Shown one piece after another: positions 51,690 through 64,000 of a stretch of 64,000 bases of DNA. The notes under the pieces were generated by a model. The model worked only from the letters and a program-made list of their open reading frames with translations. It did no database searches and had not been told where the DNA came from. The stretch covers positions 23,436,001-23,500,000 of the forward strand of contig OX597825.1 in NCBI GenBank assembly GCA_951406725.2, read 5' to 3'. The translations under genes were made by a program, and so were the position numbers. How positions within the stretch are numbered: position 1 is the first letter of the stretch; each line of letters opens with the position of its first letter. The stretch comes from Octopus vulgaris (Eukaryota).

Positions 51690-52025
51690 TGTGTGTGTGT
51701 GGGGGTGTGTGCGTGTACTTGTGTATGTGTGGCTGTGTATATATGCATGTATGTATACACACATGCATGCTGTCTGTCTATGTGTGTGTGTGCATATATA
51801 TATGTATATATATATGTATATATATATATACACACACATACATTTATATATGTGTGTGTGTATATATATGCACACACATATACGTGTAAGTGTATATATG
51901 TATATATATCTATATCTATCTATATATATATATATATACACACAGCATGCGTGTATACATACATGCATATACATATAGCCACACATACACAAGTACACAC
52001 ACATACCCATCCACCCACACACACA
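51690..52025. repeat. ~80-bp inverted repeat with ~170-bp spacer
   Basis: GTGTACTTGTGTATGTGTGGCTGTGTATATATGCATGTATGTATACAC..GCATGCTG (to ~51771) versus CAGCATGC..GTGTATACATACATGCATATACATATAGCCACACATACACAAGTACAC (from ~51942). Confidence 0.85.
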
Positions 52026-52669
52026 CATATATACACACAGACATATGCATATATATGTGTGTACACCCCCCCCCCCCCACACACACATACATATGCATTT
52101 CTATATAAATATTTATTTTTTGTTAGCAAAATTTACAAAGCGACTAAAGGACCAAGTGTTTCTTTGCATATAATATATATATAATCTTTCATAATGTCCT
52201 GTCTGTTAAACAGTATTGTATGAGGGTGTGTATGCATGCGCACATGAGAATGTGTATATATATATACATATATATATATATATGCATAAACGAATATGTG
52301 TGTATGCATGTGTGATCGTAATGTCTTTATCGCTCCACTGTCCAACTTTCCTGGCATTATACTATTGTGGAACTCCGCAAACATTATTTTGCTTATGCAT
52401 TCATTGATAATCAATGGAAAATGCCATTTCTTTTCATCTCACTTTGTCTCATCTTTTGAATACTTTCTTCTGTAAACTGTCTGCTCTATTCAGTATCATT
52501 GGAAATGCTGTATGTGATAAAGCATGCTGGTATCATTAACAATGAATTGTGATGGCATATGTGATAACCGTGAAGTTCATTTCTCTTTCTCTCCTGCCTT
52601 ATCTTCCGCCTCTCTCTCTGTCTTCCTATCTCTCTCTCTGTCTTCCTTTCTCTCTCTCTTAGCCTCACT

Positions 52670-52713
<44 letters not shown>

Positions 52714-53720
52714 ATATATAATGTTTATATATACCGAGAAGTAATGAAAGGTGTATATTGAATTATGGTTTAAAAAGTTTTTTCCTTTTTCTCTTTCCGC
52801 CAGATTGCCAGTCTTTCATGTTTCCTCTCTTGAAATTTTATACATTGGTAATTAAAGGGATTAACTCATCCTTTCTCATCTTCCAATAATTGCATCCCAA
52901 TTTCATCAAGCTTCTTAAGCTATCTATGTCCGAAATTTTCTGATCAGTGTGTTATAATGATACCTCTCCTTGACAAGTGGTTGACCCTCCAGGATAGATT
53001 GTTAGATTGTGCATATTTTAAGTAGCTCAGCCATTGAATTAAGAAATGACACATTGCTAAGAAAATATTGATTAGTATGCTTATGGTGAATGATGTGATA
53101 TCGTTACACCACAGTGTGTAGATACACTGTACAGAATTTAGCTAATCAAATATATAGAGCCGACATACACTATCGTCATATACTAGATACGGCATATCTC
53201 CTTTGTAGCCCTTGTCTAATCTCCTTTTGCTTCACAGTCCATCATTTCTAGACTTGTAATCTCCGTTGTCTTACTCTTTTGATACCACCGCACCTGAGAC
53301 CAACCCTGGTACCAAGACATCACCACCACTGCCACTGTCTTTGTCCTCGTCATTTTAATGTCCACTCACGGAGTGGTTGGCTTTAGGAAGGGCATCCAGC
53401 TGTAGAAACACTGCCAAATCAGACTGGAGCCTGGCACAACCTCCTGACTTCCCAGACCCTGGTTGAACCGTCCAACCTATTCTAGCATGGAAAACGGATG
53501 TTGATGATGATGATTTCCATGCTTGCATGGGTCAGATGGAACTTATCAAGGCAGACTTTCTATGGCCAGGTGGTCTCTTCTCTTCAACCCTCACCTGTTT
53601 CCATATAAGGTAAAATTTCCCCATGGCCAGACATGTTTTCACAGAATATTGGAAAAGAAAGGACAGTAACACTCATTTATGACTATCATGGAATGTCAAG
53701 GCAAGGAGACAATAACACAC

Positions 53721-53769
<49 letters not shown>

Positions 53770-53990
53770 CATGTATATGTATGATAGACTTCTTTTGGCT
53801 TCCAGCTACCAAATCCATTCATAAGGCTTTGGTTGACCCAGGGCTAAGGGCTATATTAGAAGACACTTTCCCAAGGTATCACACACTAAGATTGAACCTG
53901 GAACTATAGAGTTGGAAAGCAGACTCCTCGTGACATAGTCACACTTATCAAAATATCCCTTTGATTTATGTTCAAAACACCAGCTTAGTT

Positions 53991-54093
53991 CTATATTTAA
54001 GAGATGAGGAAATACGTACACGGGAAAATGGTGTAGAGGGTTAAGAGCGTGGGCTACTAACTCCAAGATACCAAGTTCGATTCCAGGCAGTGA

Positions 54094-54156
<63 letters not shown>

Positions 54157-54316
54157 CAGCAACAACATCGAAAAATACCTTAGGAATGAGAACCCAGGTT
54201 CAAAGTCTCCCCAAGACACCTGATGAAGGCTGGAGGGTTTATCAGCTGAAACGTTGTGTCAACAACAAACAAGATGATGACAAATATCTGTCCAATGTAA
54301 ATAATGTAAATAATGT
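53991..54316 (+). mobile_element. tRNA-headed SINE (family D) with internal (AAT)n and a hammerhead in its 3' part
   Basis: A box TGGTGTAGAGGG and B box GTTCGATTCC (54075-54084). Flanked by ACCAGCTTAGTT and ACCAGCTCAGTT (53979-53990, 54317-54328). Confidence 0.8.
54215..54260 (+). ncRNA. Minimal type-I hammerhead ribozyme fold, canonical core
   Basis: gacac-CTGATGA-a-ggctgg(agggttta)tcagct-GAAA-cgt-t-gtgtc. Palindromic helix III ACGT, predicted cleavage after U54255. Confidence 0.75.
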
Positions 54317-54789
54317 ACCAGCTCAGTTATTTTACTAAACTTTTCCAATATTCTCAAAATTAATTGAAACAAAAGCAGTTTATTCTTGACAACAGGGTTA
54401 AGTACTTAGATACCATTAAGATTGTAGTGGGGAGGGAGGGATGGTTACTTCAGATTTTGGGGTATTTCACTATTATTTGTGGTTTGTATATCACAACAGT
54501 CTTTTTACATGCCAGGACTTTCAAACTTTATTTTGTTTAATAAACACGTGTATAATCTCCACAAATCTGACTATTCTACTTTCATCTTAATGAATTAAAA
54601 TCTGAATAAGAGTTTATTTTTCCTAGTATAGTGTATTCATAGTTATCTTCCTAAATCTTGGTGTGTTGGCTTTTGTTTGTTTAAACCATAGTTGAAAAAG
54701 TAAGTACTAGTAATGAGCACATCGGTACTCCACCTGACATATTATCAGTTTGTCCAATATTGTTGATGAAGACCAAGGACACCATCTTA

Positions 54790-55026
54790 AAATCTTTTCC
54801 GAGTCATACAGATTCAAAGGGCTGGTTTACAGGTTTCCATGGCATACATATTAACCCGCTTGATGAGATGCCGGTCTATCGCAGGATTACTCATTTTTGC
54901 CAGCTGGAGCAATTTGGAATGAAGTGTTTTACTCGAGAACACAACATGTCACCCGGTCCAGGAATTGAAACCACAATCTTAGAATCATGACTCCAACACC
55001 CTAATCACTAAACCACACACCTCCAC
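54790..55026 (-). mobile_element. SINE family C, diverged
   Basis: Similar to 28845-29131. Confidence 0.65.
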
Positions 55027-55055
55027 ATTCTTTGTAATAATATTACCATCTAATA

Positions 55056-55478
55056 GGCGCAGGAGTGGCTGTGTGGTAAGTAGCTTGCTTACCAACCACA
55101 TGGTTCCGGGTTCAGTCCCACTGCGTGGCACCTTGGGCAAGTGTCTTCTGCTATAGCCCCAGGCCGACCAAAGCCTTGTGAGTGGATTTGGTAGATGGAA
55201 ACTGAAAGAAGCCTGTCATATATATGTATATATATATATATGTGTGTGTGTGCATGTATGTTTGTGTGTCTGTGTTTGTCCCCCTAGCATTGCTTGACAA
55301 CCGATGCTGGTGTGTTTATGTCCCCGTCACTTAGCGGTTCGGCAAAAGAGACTGATAGAATAAGTACTGGGCTTACAAAGAATAAGTCCCGGGGTCGAGT
55401 TGCTCGATTAAAGGCGGTGCTCCAGCATGGCCGCAGTCAAATGACTGAATCAAGTAAAAGTGAGAGTAAAAGAGAGTA
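55056..55478 (+). mobile_element. SINE family A, young
   Basis: Full head, core and GAGTAAAA tail. Confidence 0.9.
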
Positions 55479-56404
55479 ATTAACTTATTGAGGGTGGGTT
55501 GTAGGGAAAATGTAGTCGTTAAGGGAGAAATCATAAGCTCAGTAAATAATTAACTTGAGGATAAAAGTCATGTTACTTTGTAATTCACAACCATTAGTGT
55601 TTAAGTTAATACTTAGAATCTAATTAATTGGATACTGATTCTGTTATGTTTTTCCTGTAAACACTTTTTTAGATTTTAAAACACAATCGAAAGACTATTG
55701 AGTTATGTTTAGTGTTTAATGATGTTTCTAGCCCAGGGGTCAAATGAGTTCACCTTGAAACACCTACAGAAGACTAGAGAGAGAGTTCAGAAATTAAATT
55801 TACATTTATTAAGGATTTACTTGTAAAAGGTCAGATTCATATAGAGAATGGTCTGAAAGGAGTCAGTAGGTTGTTTGTAATATTAAAGGAGTTGGCTAAA
55901 GGTTGGCCAAATGTAATGCTTCAGTTTTTTGTAGATCAAAGAATTTGTAGAGGATATATGTCAACCATGTATCTCCTCTGTAGCAAGGCATCTGTGCATG
56001 ACCTTCTGTCATACTTTAAATCTCTCGAAACATGGCATAAGGCCATCTCCTTGGCCCCATCTCCAACACTTAGATCAGGGAGCTTTTCCTTTTCTTGTTT
56101 GTTTTCCTGTCTTGAAAGTTACTTGGTGACTCTATTAATGCTGGTGGCACAGAAAAAAGTCACCAACTACACACTATAAAGGGGTTGGCATTTGGAAGGG
56201 CATCCAGCTACAGAAACCATGCCGAAGCTGACGTTGGAGCTTATTGCAGTCCTATGGCTCTCCAGATCTGGCCTAACCAACCAACCTGTCAATGACAAAG
56301 TTAAAGAAAATACAGCCTCAACAATTATGGCTCTTTGAATTCATTATTCGTGGCAGTTACGTAAGAAGCAATGCAACCTGTACATAATAAAAGCTAACAT
56401 GTTT

Positions 56405-56946
56405 TGATGACTGGCGTTCGTGCTAGCAGGGTGCAAAGAGCACCATATGAGCGTGATCATTGACAGAGCGGCTAACCAGCTTCCGTGCCAGTGGCACTTA
56501 AAGGGCACCATTCGAGTGTGATCGTTACCAGTGTCGCCTTACTGGCACTTGTGCCCGTGTTAGTAGGGTGCCAAGAGCACCATCTGCGCGTGATCGTTGC
56601 CAGAGCAGCGAACTGGCTTCCGTGCCAGTGGCGCGTAAAAGGGCACCATTCAAGCGTGATCGTTACCAAAGTCGCCTTACTGGCACCTGTGCTGGGGGCA
56701 TGTGTAAAAGGATTCGAGCGAGGTTGTTGCCAGTACTGCCTGACTGCCCCCCCCCCCATGCCGGTGGCATGTAAAAAGCACCCACTACACGCTCAGAGGG
56801 GTTGGCGTTAGGAAGGGCATCCAGCTGTAAAAACTCTGCCAAATCAAGATTGGAGCCTGGTGCAGCCATCTGGTTCGCCAGCCCTCAGTCAAAATCGTCC
56901 AACCCATGCTAACATGGAAAGCGGACTTTAAACAATGATGATGATG
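56405..56946 (+). mobile_element. RTE-type 3' region with an internal ~140-bp tandem duplication
   Basis: GAGCACCAT..GCGTGATC..GCTTCCGTGCCAGTGGC..AAAGGGCACCATTC occurs twice, followed by the standard tail. Confidence 0.8.
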
Positions 56947-58189
56947 TTCTGATAGGTTATATATTGAGTTGATTCAGTTATGAAATGGAGTTAGGAAATC
57001 AGTGACAAATTACCAAACTAATTGCACGGATAATAAATTTGAAACTTATTTGAAATTTAAAAAGCGTTTTGAATGTTTTGGAAGAGCTTATCGCAAATTA
57101 TTCTGTGTTTATAGTCAGTGTTTATCATCCTACTTACTGACTCATTAAACTTTATAATAGTAGAATAAGACGGTTTGACAGACATAAATTGTATTTATTT
57201 TTCTGTATTTGAATAAAATATTTAAAGATTACCGAAACATTTTTATACCAAATCTGTGTAAACTTGCTTTAATTTAGTTAGTTATGACAGCTGACATTTC
57301 ATTTATGTCATTTTAATCTGACATTAAAATCTTTGTATTCCAAACTGAGTGGAAATTAGCATATATTATTGCCAAGCTTATGGCATAAAAGAATCTCTAG
57401 AGGCCTTGTTTTTAATGACACAGCACCACCGATCATGATTACTTACTTGGAGATACTCTTATTATTTCCAACATTAACCCAACCTCCACTTTTCACCACT
57501 ATCACTATTGACCTGTCGGACTTTTCCTGCCTAACTTAAACATATCTAGAAAATCAGATAAACATTGTCTCCAAATTTAGATCTGCTCTGCTGCCTCTTT
57601 CAGCCAGCATAATTTGATCCATGGCCTTGCCAATTACTGCCGAGAACAATGTTGATTATGATAACATCTCTGCTTCACTCCACTCTTTACTTTAAAATAT
57701 TTCTACAATCTATCAAAATATATTACTGGACTATGGGCATGTTTGTATTGTTGTTGAAAAGAGTATTAATTAGCTTATTGCAGATTTCACATTGGTGGAA
57801 TAGACTCAAAATTCCTTTCCTGATGACACTATTGGACTTTTTTCCAAAAATCAATGATGTTGAAAATAAGGAAGGTCTACCATTCTTCTAACTTCTTAAA
57901 TGGTAACTGAGAGTATGAATTTGGTCAATGAAGAACTTTCTGTGGTTAACATGTATTTTGTGATATTTTTTCAGTCTCAAAAGAATAATTTTTGTGTCTA
58001 CCTGAAAATTAATAGAAGCATATACCACACAAGTTTTTGTATTTTGTTAAGATATTGTCTGTGGTAGTTTAGGAAGTTTTGTTTCACTCAATGGCAACTT
58101 TGGCTTTTAGAATGACATTACAGGATAGGTGTGAGAGGCTGGATCTGGCCAGTTTGAATATAAAGCATGTGGAATATTTGGGTTGGATA

Positions 58190-58622
58190 AGGCTGCGAGC
58201 TGACAGAAATGTTAGCACACTGGGCGAAATGCTTAGTGGTATTTCGTCTGTCTTTACGTTCTGAGTTCAAATTCCACTGAGGTCAACTTTGCCTTTTATC
58301 CTTTCGGGGTTGATAAATTTAGTACCAGTTGCATACTGTGGTTGATCTAATCAACTGGCCCCTCCCCTAAAATTTCAGGCCTTGTGCCTAGAGAAGAAAA
58401 GATTAGCTTTAAAGGCAGCAAGCTGGCAGAAACGTTAGCACGCCAGGTGAAATGCTTAGTTGTATTTCATGTCTTTACGTTCTGAGTTCAAGTTCCGCCG
58501 AGGTCGACTTTGCCTTTCGTCTTTTCAGGGTTGATAAATTAAGTACCAGTTACATACTGTGGTCGATCTAATCGACTGGCCCCCTCCTCCAAAATTCCGG
58601 GTCTTGTGCCTAGTGTAGAAAA
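58190..58622 (+). mobile_element. Head-to-tail dimer of SINE family B
   Basis: Two monomers (~58190-58400 and ~58412-58622) flanked by GAATATTTGGGTTGGATA and GAATATTTGATTGGATA. Confidence 0.8.
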
Positions 58623-58909
58623 GAATATTTGATTGGATATGGCTAGATGAAATGCTAAAAGGTTAAAACATTAGTTTTAGAAGTTGTGTACATTCAATTA
58701 TGTTGTAGTTTATATCGTTTGCTTGTGTCTTTCTTTCTTATAATTAAAATCTTGGTAATTATCTGAAACAATGAGTTTATTTTTCTAAGTTACTACTGTA
58801 TAATTCATGGCACTGATAACTGAGGGTGATAACAACTTATAATTAATGTTGTAAATGAAAAAGATATAATATCTGCAAAAATAAAGTGAAAACAAATTAA
58901 AAATTTTAC

Positions 58910-59066
58910 GGAGATGTACTTGCATAGCAAGTGACCTGATCTGAGATTGTGTGCTAAGAAACACACAAAAACCGTCAGATTCACTTCAACATTTAAATTT
59001 AATTTGTTGAAATATTTTCGTTGCTTTGAGACCGCGACCTGTTCACTGAAAAAACTCCGTGCTGCA
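58910..59066 (-). mobile_element. Second, internally deleted copy of the G3-C8 hammerhead element
   Basis: Same GGAGATGTAC...GCTGCA ends as 11804-12003. Minus strand has GTGAACA-g-gtcgc(ggtctcaaa)gcaac-GAAA-atattt. Confidence 0.8.
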
Positions 59067-59729
59067 TCTTAAAAATAAAGGCCATTATTTTGTTTTTTAA
59101 AGTCCTAATCAAATTTAGATATAACCAACTTGAAATGGGGGTGGGGGTGGGGGGCAAAACAAAATCCTTGGTTTAACAGTATAACAATTTTCAGAGCTTT
59201 TAAACAAAATCCTTCCTCATCAGAATTGTTCTGGCTGAAAGCCAAGATTATTATTTGTCATTTGATGAACTTTTATAGGTTTTGGAAAGAAACCAAAAAC
59301 ACTCCCCCTAATAAGTTTTTTTATGTCTTTATTTTACTGTTTAGTTTTGGTAACAAGAAAGTGTCTCTTGAAAATTTCGATAAGAAAATGGAACTGCATT
59401 TATACTCTCCCTCCGCCCCTCTCCTCGCTCTCTTCCTCTCTCTGATTTGCACTCATGATGATTAATTGCATACATACCGACGTACAAGTTTATTTGCTTA
59501 ATTAATTTTGTTGGCACCTTGGAAAATTTTCTTCCCCCGTGCTTCATAAATACAAGCCAGAAAAGTTGTCTAGGTGTTAATAAAGGTAATTATGCAAGCA
59601 AAAGTCACTTGTTGTGCAGACGGAATTGCAGGGGGAATGGGTATATACGGTGGGTGTGAATCGTGGCCTAAGTTTATTATTGAAAGGAAGTAACACTGAA
59701 AGGAAGTAACACACACACACACACATGTG

Positions 59730-59833
<104 letters not shown>

Positions 59834-60081
59834 GAGAGAGAGAGTAACTGTGTTGTAATTGAATTAAAATTTCTATTTCATGTTTTATATGGCTACCACA
59901 TATAACCTGTCTGTCTGTCTGTCACTTTCATGTGTGTGTGTGTGTGTGTGGTGTACCTGTGTGAATGTGTAATGTGTGTTGTGTGGTGTGTGTATGTGGT
60001 GTACCTGTGTGTATGTGTAATGTGTGTTGTGTGGTGTGTGTGTATGTATATATGCACGGGCGGCTATGTGTAGTATGTGCC

Positions 60082-60114
<33 letters not shown>

Positions 60115-60564
60115 ATGTTTGTGTGTTGTGTGGTGTGTGTGTGTATATATGCATGGGAGTCTATGTGTAGTATGTGCCTCTGTGTGTGTGTGCACGGGCA
60201 TCTGTGCGTGCATGTACTCTGTGTGTGTTATGTTTCCATATGATACAGACTCCATTTGTCTGTACAAACTTATTTTCACAAAAGACTTTATAGTTGATCG
60301 TGATGATCAAAAGCATTACCTCTTATAGAAATCACAGTCTCTTCCTGATTCCCATTAATTTGTTCCTCATTTGGCACCGATAACAGCACTCCAGGCTTCT
60401 TTGTTGTTGTGCAAAAGTATTTATGGTTTTAGGCCTGAGAGCACTGAGAGGTGCACAATTAGAAAGCCATGTTGTATTCTTGTATGTGGCTGGAATGGGA
60501 AAATAGGGGTACAGTGAGGGTGATGGGGGAATTATGCGTTTGTGTAAGCTGGTAGATATATATT

Positions 60565-60770
60565 CTTTCACTTGTTTCAGTCATTTGACTGTGGCCATGC
60601 TGGAGCACCACCTTTTAGTCGAGCAAATTGACCCCAGGACTTATTCTCTGTAAGCCTAGTACTTATTCTCTCGGCCTCTTTTGCCGAACCGCTAAGTTAC
60701 GGGGACGTAAACACACCAGCATCGGTTGTCTAGCGATGCTGGGGGAACAAACACAGACACACAAACACAT

Positions 60771-60825
<55 letters not shown>

Positions 60826-61012
60826 TACGATGGGCTTCTTTCAGTTTCCATCTACTAAATCGACTCACAAGGCTTTGGTTGGCCTGAGGCTATAGTAGAA
60901 AACACTTGCCCAAGGTGCCACACAGTGGGACTGAACCCGGAACCATGTGGTAGGTAAGCAAGCTACTTACCACACAGCCACTCCTACGCTTATATAGCCA
61001 CTCCTACGCCTA
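60565..61012 (-). mobile_element. SINE family A
   Basis: Reverse complement of family A with a 20-bp tandem duplication of its 5' end. Confidence 0.9.
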
Positions 61013-61104
61013 TATTGATGCTATTATGCAAAAGTGTTGTTAGTCCCAAAATGTTGCTTTTTCAGAAAACAAAAAAATAGTTTCACCATTCCATTTTTCT
61101 TTTA

Positions 61105-61497
61105 GACCTATTGAGTTAAGTACATCAACATCAAAATAAATATCAAATGGAAATTGTAGTTGTGATCCCTGACCCGGTGGCACGTAAAAAGCACCATCCG
61201 AACGTGGTCGATGCCAGCGCTGTCTCGACGGGCTTCTGTGCCGGTGGCACGTAAAAAGCACCAACCAATCGTGGCTGCTGCCAGCTTCCCCTGGCACCTG
61301 TGCCAGTGGTGGCACGTAAAAAGTACCCACTACACTCATGGAGTGGTTGGCGTTAGGAAGGGCATCCAGCTGTAGAAACACTGCCAGATCAGACTGGAGC
61401 CTGGTGCAGCCTCCTGGCTTCCTAGACCCCGGTCGAACCGTCCGACCCGTGCTAGCACGGAAAACGGACATTAAACGATGATGATGATGATGATGAT
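61105..61497 (+). mobile_element. RTE-type 3' end
   Basis: Tail family ending in (GAT)n. Confidence 0.85.
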
Positions 61498-62950
61498 TAG
61501 TAACAGTTTCAGCTTAACAATAAAATCATAACTCTATGCAAGAATGATATTTTCAGGCAGAAATATTGTTGCAAAACTGTCAGATGTAGGACTCAGTACA
61601 GTTTTGAAAAATGCTAAACCGTTGCACTACACTTTGACAATTGGTTTGACCAAAAGAACTGGCTATTACATACAAAATTAAATATTGAAAAATCTGCATT
61701 TGGCCAAATTTGGACATATGACAGTTTAACATAATAGTAATGATGTGATTACGTGTGTGTGTGTGTGTTTGTTTGCAGGCATGTGTATATATCTTTTATG
61801 TTATATTTTTTACTTGTTACTTGTTTCTGTCATTAGACTGTGGCCATGCTGGGGCATCACCTTGAAGAATTTTTAGTTCAAGGAATCATTCCTAGTGCTT
61901 ATTTTTATTTTCAAGCCTGGTACTTATTCCATCAGTCTTTCTTGCCAAACTGCTAAGTTAGGGTGTTGTAAGCACACACACACACACAATGGGCTTCATT
62001 CAGTTTCCATCTGCAAAATCCACTCACAAAACAATTATGAAGAATATTTCATGCTGAAAGTTGGAAGTTGTTGACTTCAGTCTACATATTTCTACACTGC
62101 AACACAAAGTGACAATATACACTGTGGAAAAATTTACTGTTGATCCATGAAAATCTAGTGTTTCCCTTTTGCCAAACTCCTATGGAACCAATAGTTATTA
62201 TTTTTATACACAAATCTGATCTTATTTTCTAGTTTTCTAAAATTCTATTGTTTCAAAATATATTTTCATAAATTATATGTCAGTTTATTGTTGGAATAAT
62301 TTTTAAATATTTCTAATAAAAATGAATTGCTGGTACACAGTTTTAGATAGCTAAGTCATAGCAAATATTTAAGAGTTATTTCTATACTTGAGTAGTTTTA
62401 ATTCAACAATCAAAATCCTAAATTAAATAAAAACCTAGAAACCATAATTCAATATTTTGATTTCAGTCACAAATGGAAATATTTGGGAAGTAAATAGTAC
62501 ATAATCATTGGTTGTTTTTTTTTTTGGTTTTTGTTTTTAAATTTTTAATAGTAATTCAAATATTTAGCTTTAATCTTTGTGAAGTCTCATTACTAAAAAC
62601 GAATTAATACATTTTTTTTTTTATTTCTAAATCTAAAAATATTCTGCCCAAATTTTTAAAATGATAAATTCTATTTAAAATATATAAAAATGTTTCTAGA
62701 CCAGCATCATTTAATTTAATAATACTCAGAATTTTTACTATTTGGTAAAAAAAACATTGATGTTGTATTATACCGAATCAGCAGAAAAAATAAATATATT
62801 TTTCTATCCTGTTGAGTATTGTAAATTAGATACTAAAATATCATTTTTAGTATTTTAACTTTTAATCATTGTACTGTTTGTTTACTTCCTTTTAAGCCAA
62901 ATAGAGACTATCTATATACTCTTAATATATTATGGTATTTGATACAACAG

Positions 62951-63580
62951 GGTGCAGGCATGGCTATGTGGTAAGAAGTTTGCTTCCCAACCACATGGTT
63001 CTGGGTTCAGTTCCACTGCATGGTACCTTAGACAAGTGTCTAAGTGTTTTCTACTATAGCAGCAGGCTGATTAAAGCCTAGTGAGTGGATTTGGTCAATG
63101 GAAACTGAAAGGTCAAAGGCGATGAGCTGGCAGAAATGTTAGCACACTGGGCAAAATGCTTAGCAGTATTTCGTCTTGTCTTTACGTTCTGAGTTCAAAT
63201 TCCGCCGAGGTCGACTTTGCCTTTCATCCTTTCGGGGTCGATAAATTATGTACCAGTTACGCACTGGGGTCGATGTAATGAACTTAATCCCTTTGTCTGT
63301 CCTTGTTTGTCCTGCCTGTGTTTATCCCCTTGTGGGCAATAAAGAAATAGGAAATTGAAAGAAGCCCATTTTATGTGTGTACGAATATGAGAGGGTGTGT
63401 GTCTTTATGTCTTTGCTTGTCCCCTCACCACCGCTTGGTAACTGATGTGGGTGTGTTTATGTTGGTAAAACAGATGAATAGAATAAGTACCAGACTTAAA
63501 AAAATAAATAAATATTGGGGTCATTCGCTTGGCTAAAATACTTCAAGGCAGTCTAATGACCGAAACAAGTAAAAGATAGA
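62951..63580 (+). mobile_element. SINE family A with a nested family B copy (~63112-63349)
   Basis: The B copy is flanked by GGAAACTGAAAG and GGAAATTGAAAG inside the A sequence. Confidence 0.85.
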
Positions 63581-64000
63581 AAACATTGATGAATCTCTCA
63601 ATGAGTTTAAATACAAGCAGTTCTGACATGAAAACATGAAAACTCTCCCACACAATTGGGTCTCTGCACACACATCTGGAAACACGCACACTTGGAAACA
63701 AATACACCTGGACAGACACACACCCAGGCAGATGCACACCTGGACACATACATACATACACATTCACACCTATATGACAGGCTTTGTAGTGTTTCAGTCT
63801 GAGGCTTCAGTAAAAGAAACCTGTCTGATGTGCTGTATATCAGGATTGAACTTGGACCTGCATGGTTGAGTAGTGAATTTCTTAACCACACAGCCATACC
63901 TGCTCTTCCTCTACATTAGAAAACTTATATAAAATACAATTTTTTTTTCCATATATATATATTCCACAATCTAAAGCTATAGAAAGCAACTCCATCACAT

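Noticed and set aside
61557-61680. GRNIVAKLSDVGLSTVL, resembling a kinase DFG segment
   Set aside because: Isolated ~50-codon frame, no other kinase motifs, weak donor, and phase 1 does not fit the supported exons.

Overview
AT-rich, repeat-dense eukaryotic DNA. It is not prokaryotic: there are no operons, rRNA or tRNA genes, or CRISPR arrays, and almost every ORF in the supplied track is a microsatellite or TE artefact. The repeat repertoire (three tRNA-derived SINE families, RTE tails ending in (GAT)n, CR1-like LINE ends, (TA)n/(CA)n tracts) matches what I recognise from Octopus genomes; this species assignment is an inference. The window looks like the intronic interior of one large + strand gene. 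Two exons are well supported: 16335-16461 (coiled-coil-like) and 38542-38772 (Ser/Thr-rich). There are a few weaker micro-exon candidates, and I cannot name the gene. Most notable observations: (1) several minimal type-I hammerhead-ribozyme folds in Penelope-type or non-autonomous retroelements, including a two-copy ~200-bp element whose core has a compensatory G3-C8 swap (GUGAACA) and a tRNA-headed SINE carrying a hammerhead; (2) a hAT-type MITE amplified into a 7-copy 190-bp tandem array; (3) a 243-bp tandem duplication of an exon's 3' end and splice donor; (4) several long fold-back structures. All coordinates were read by eye, and TE boundaries are approximate unless a TSD or terminus is quoted.
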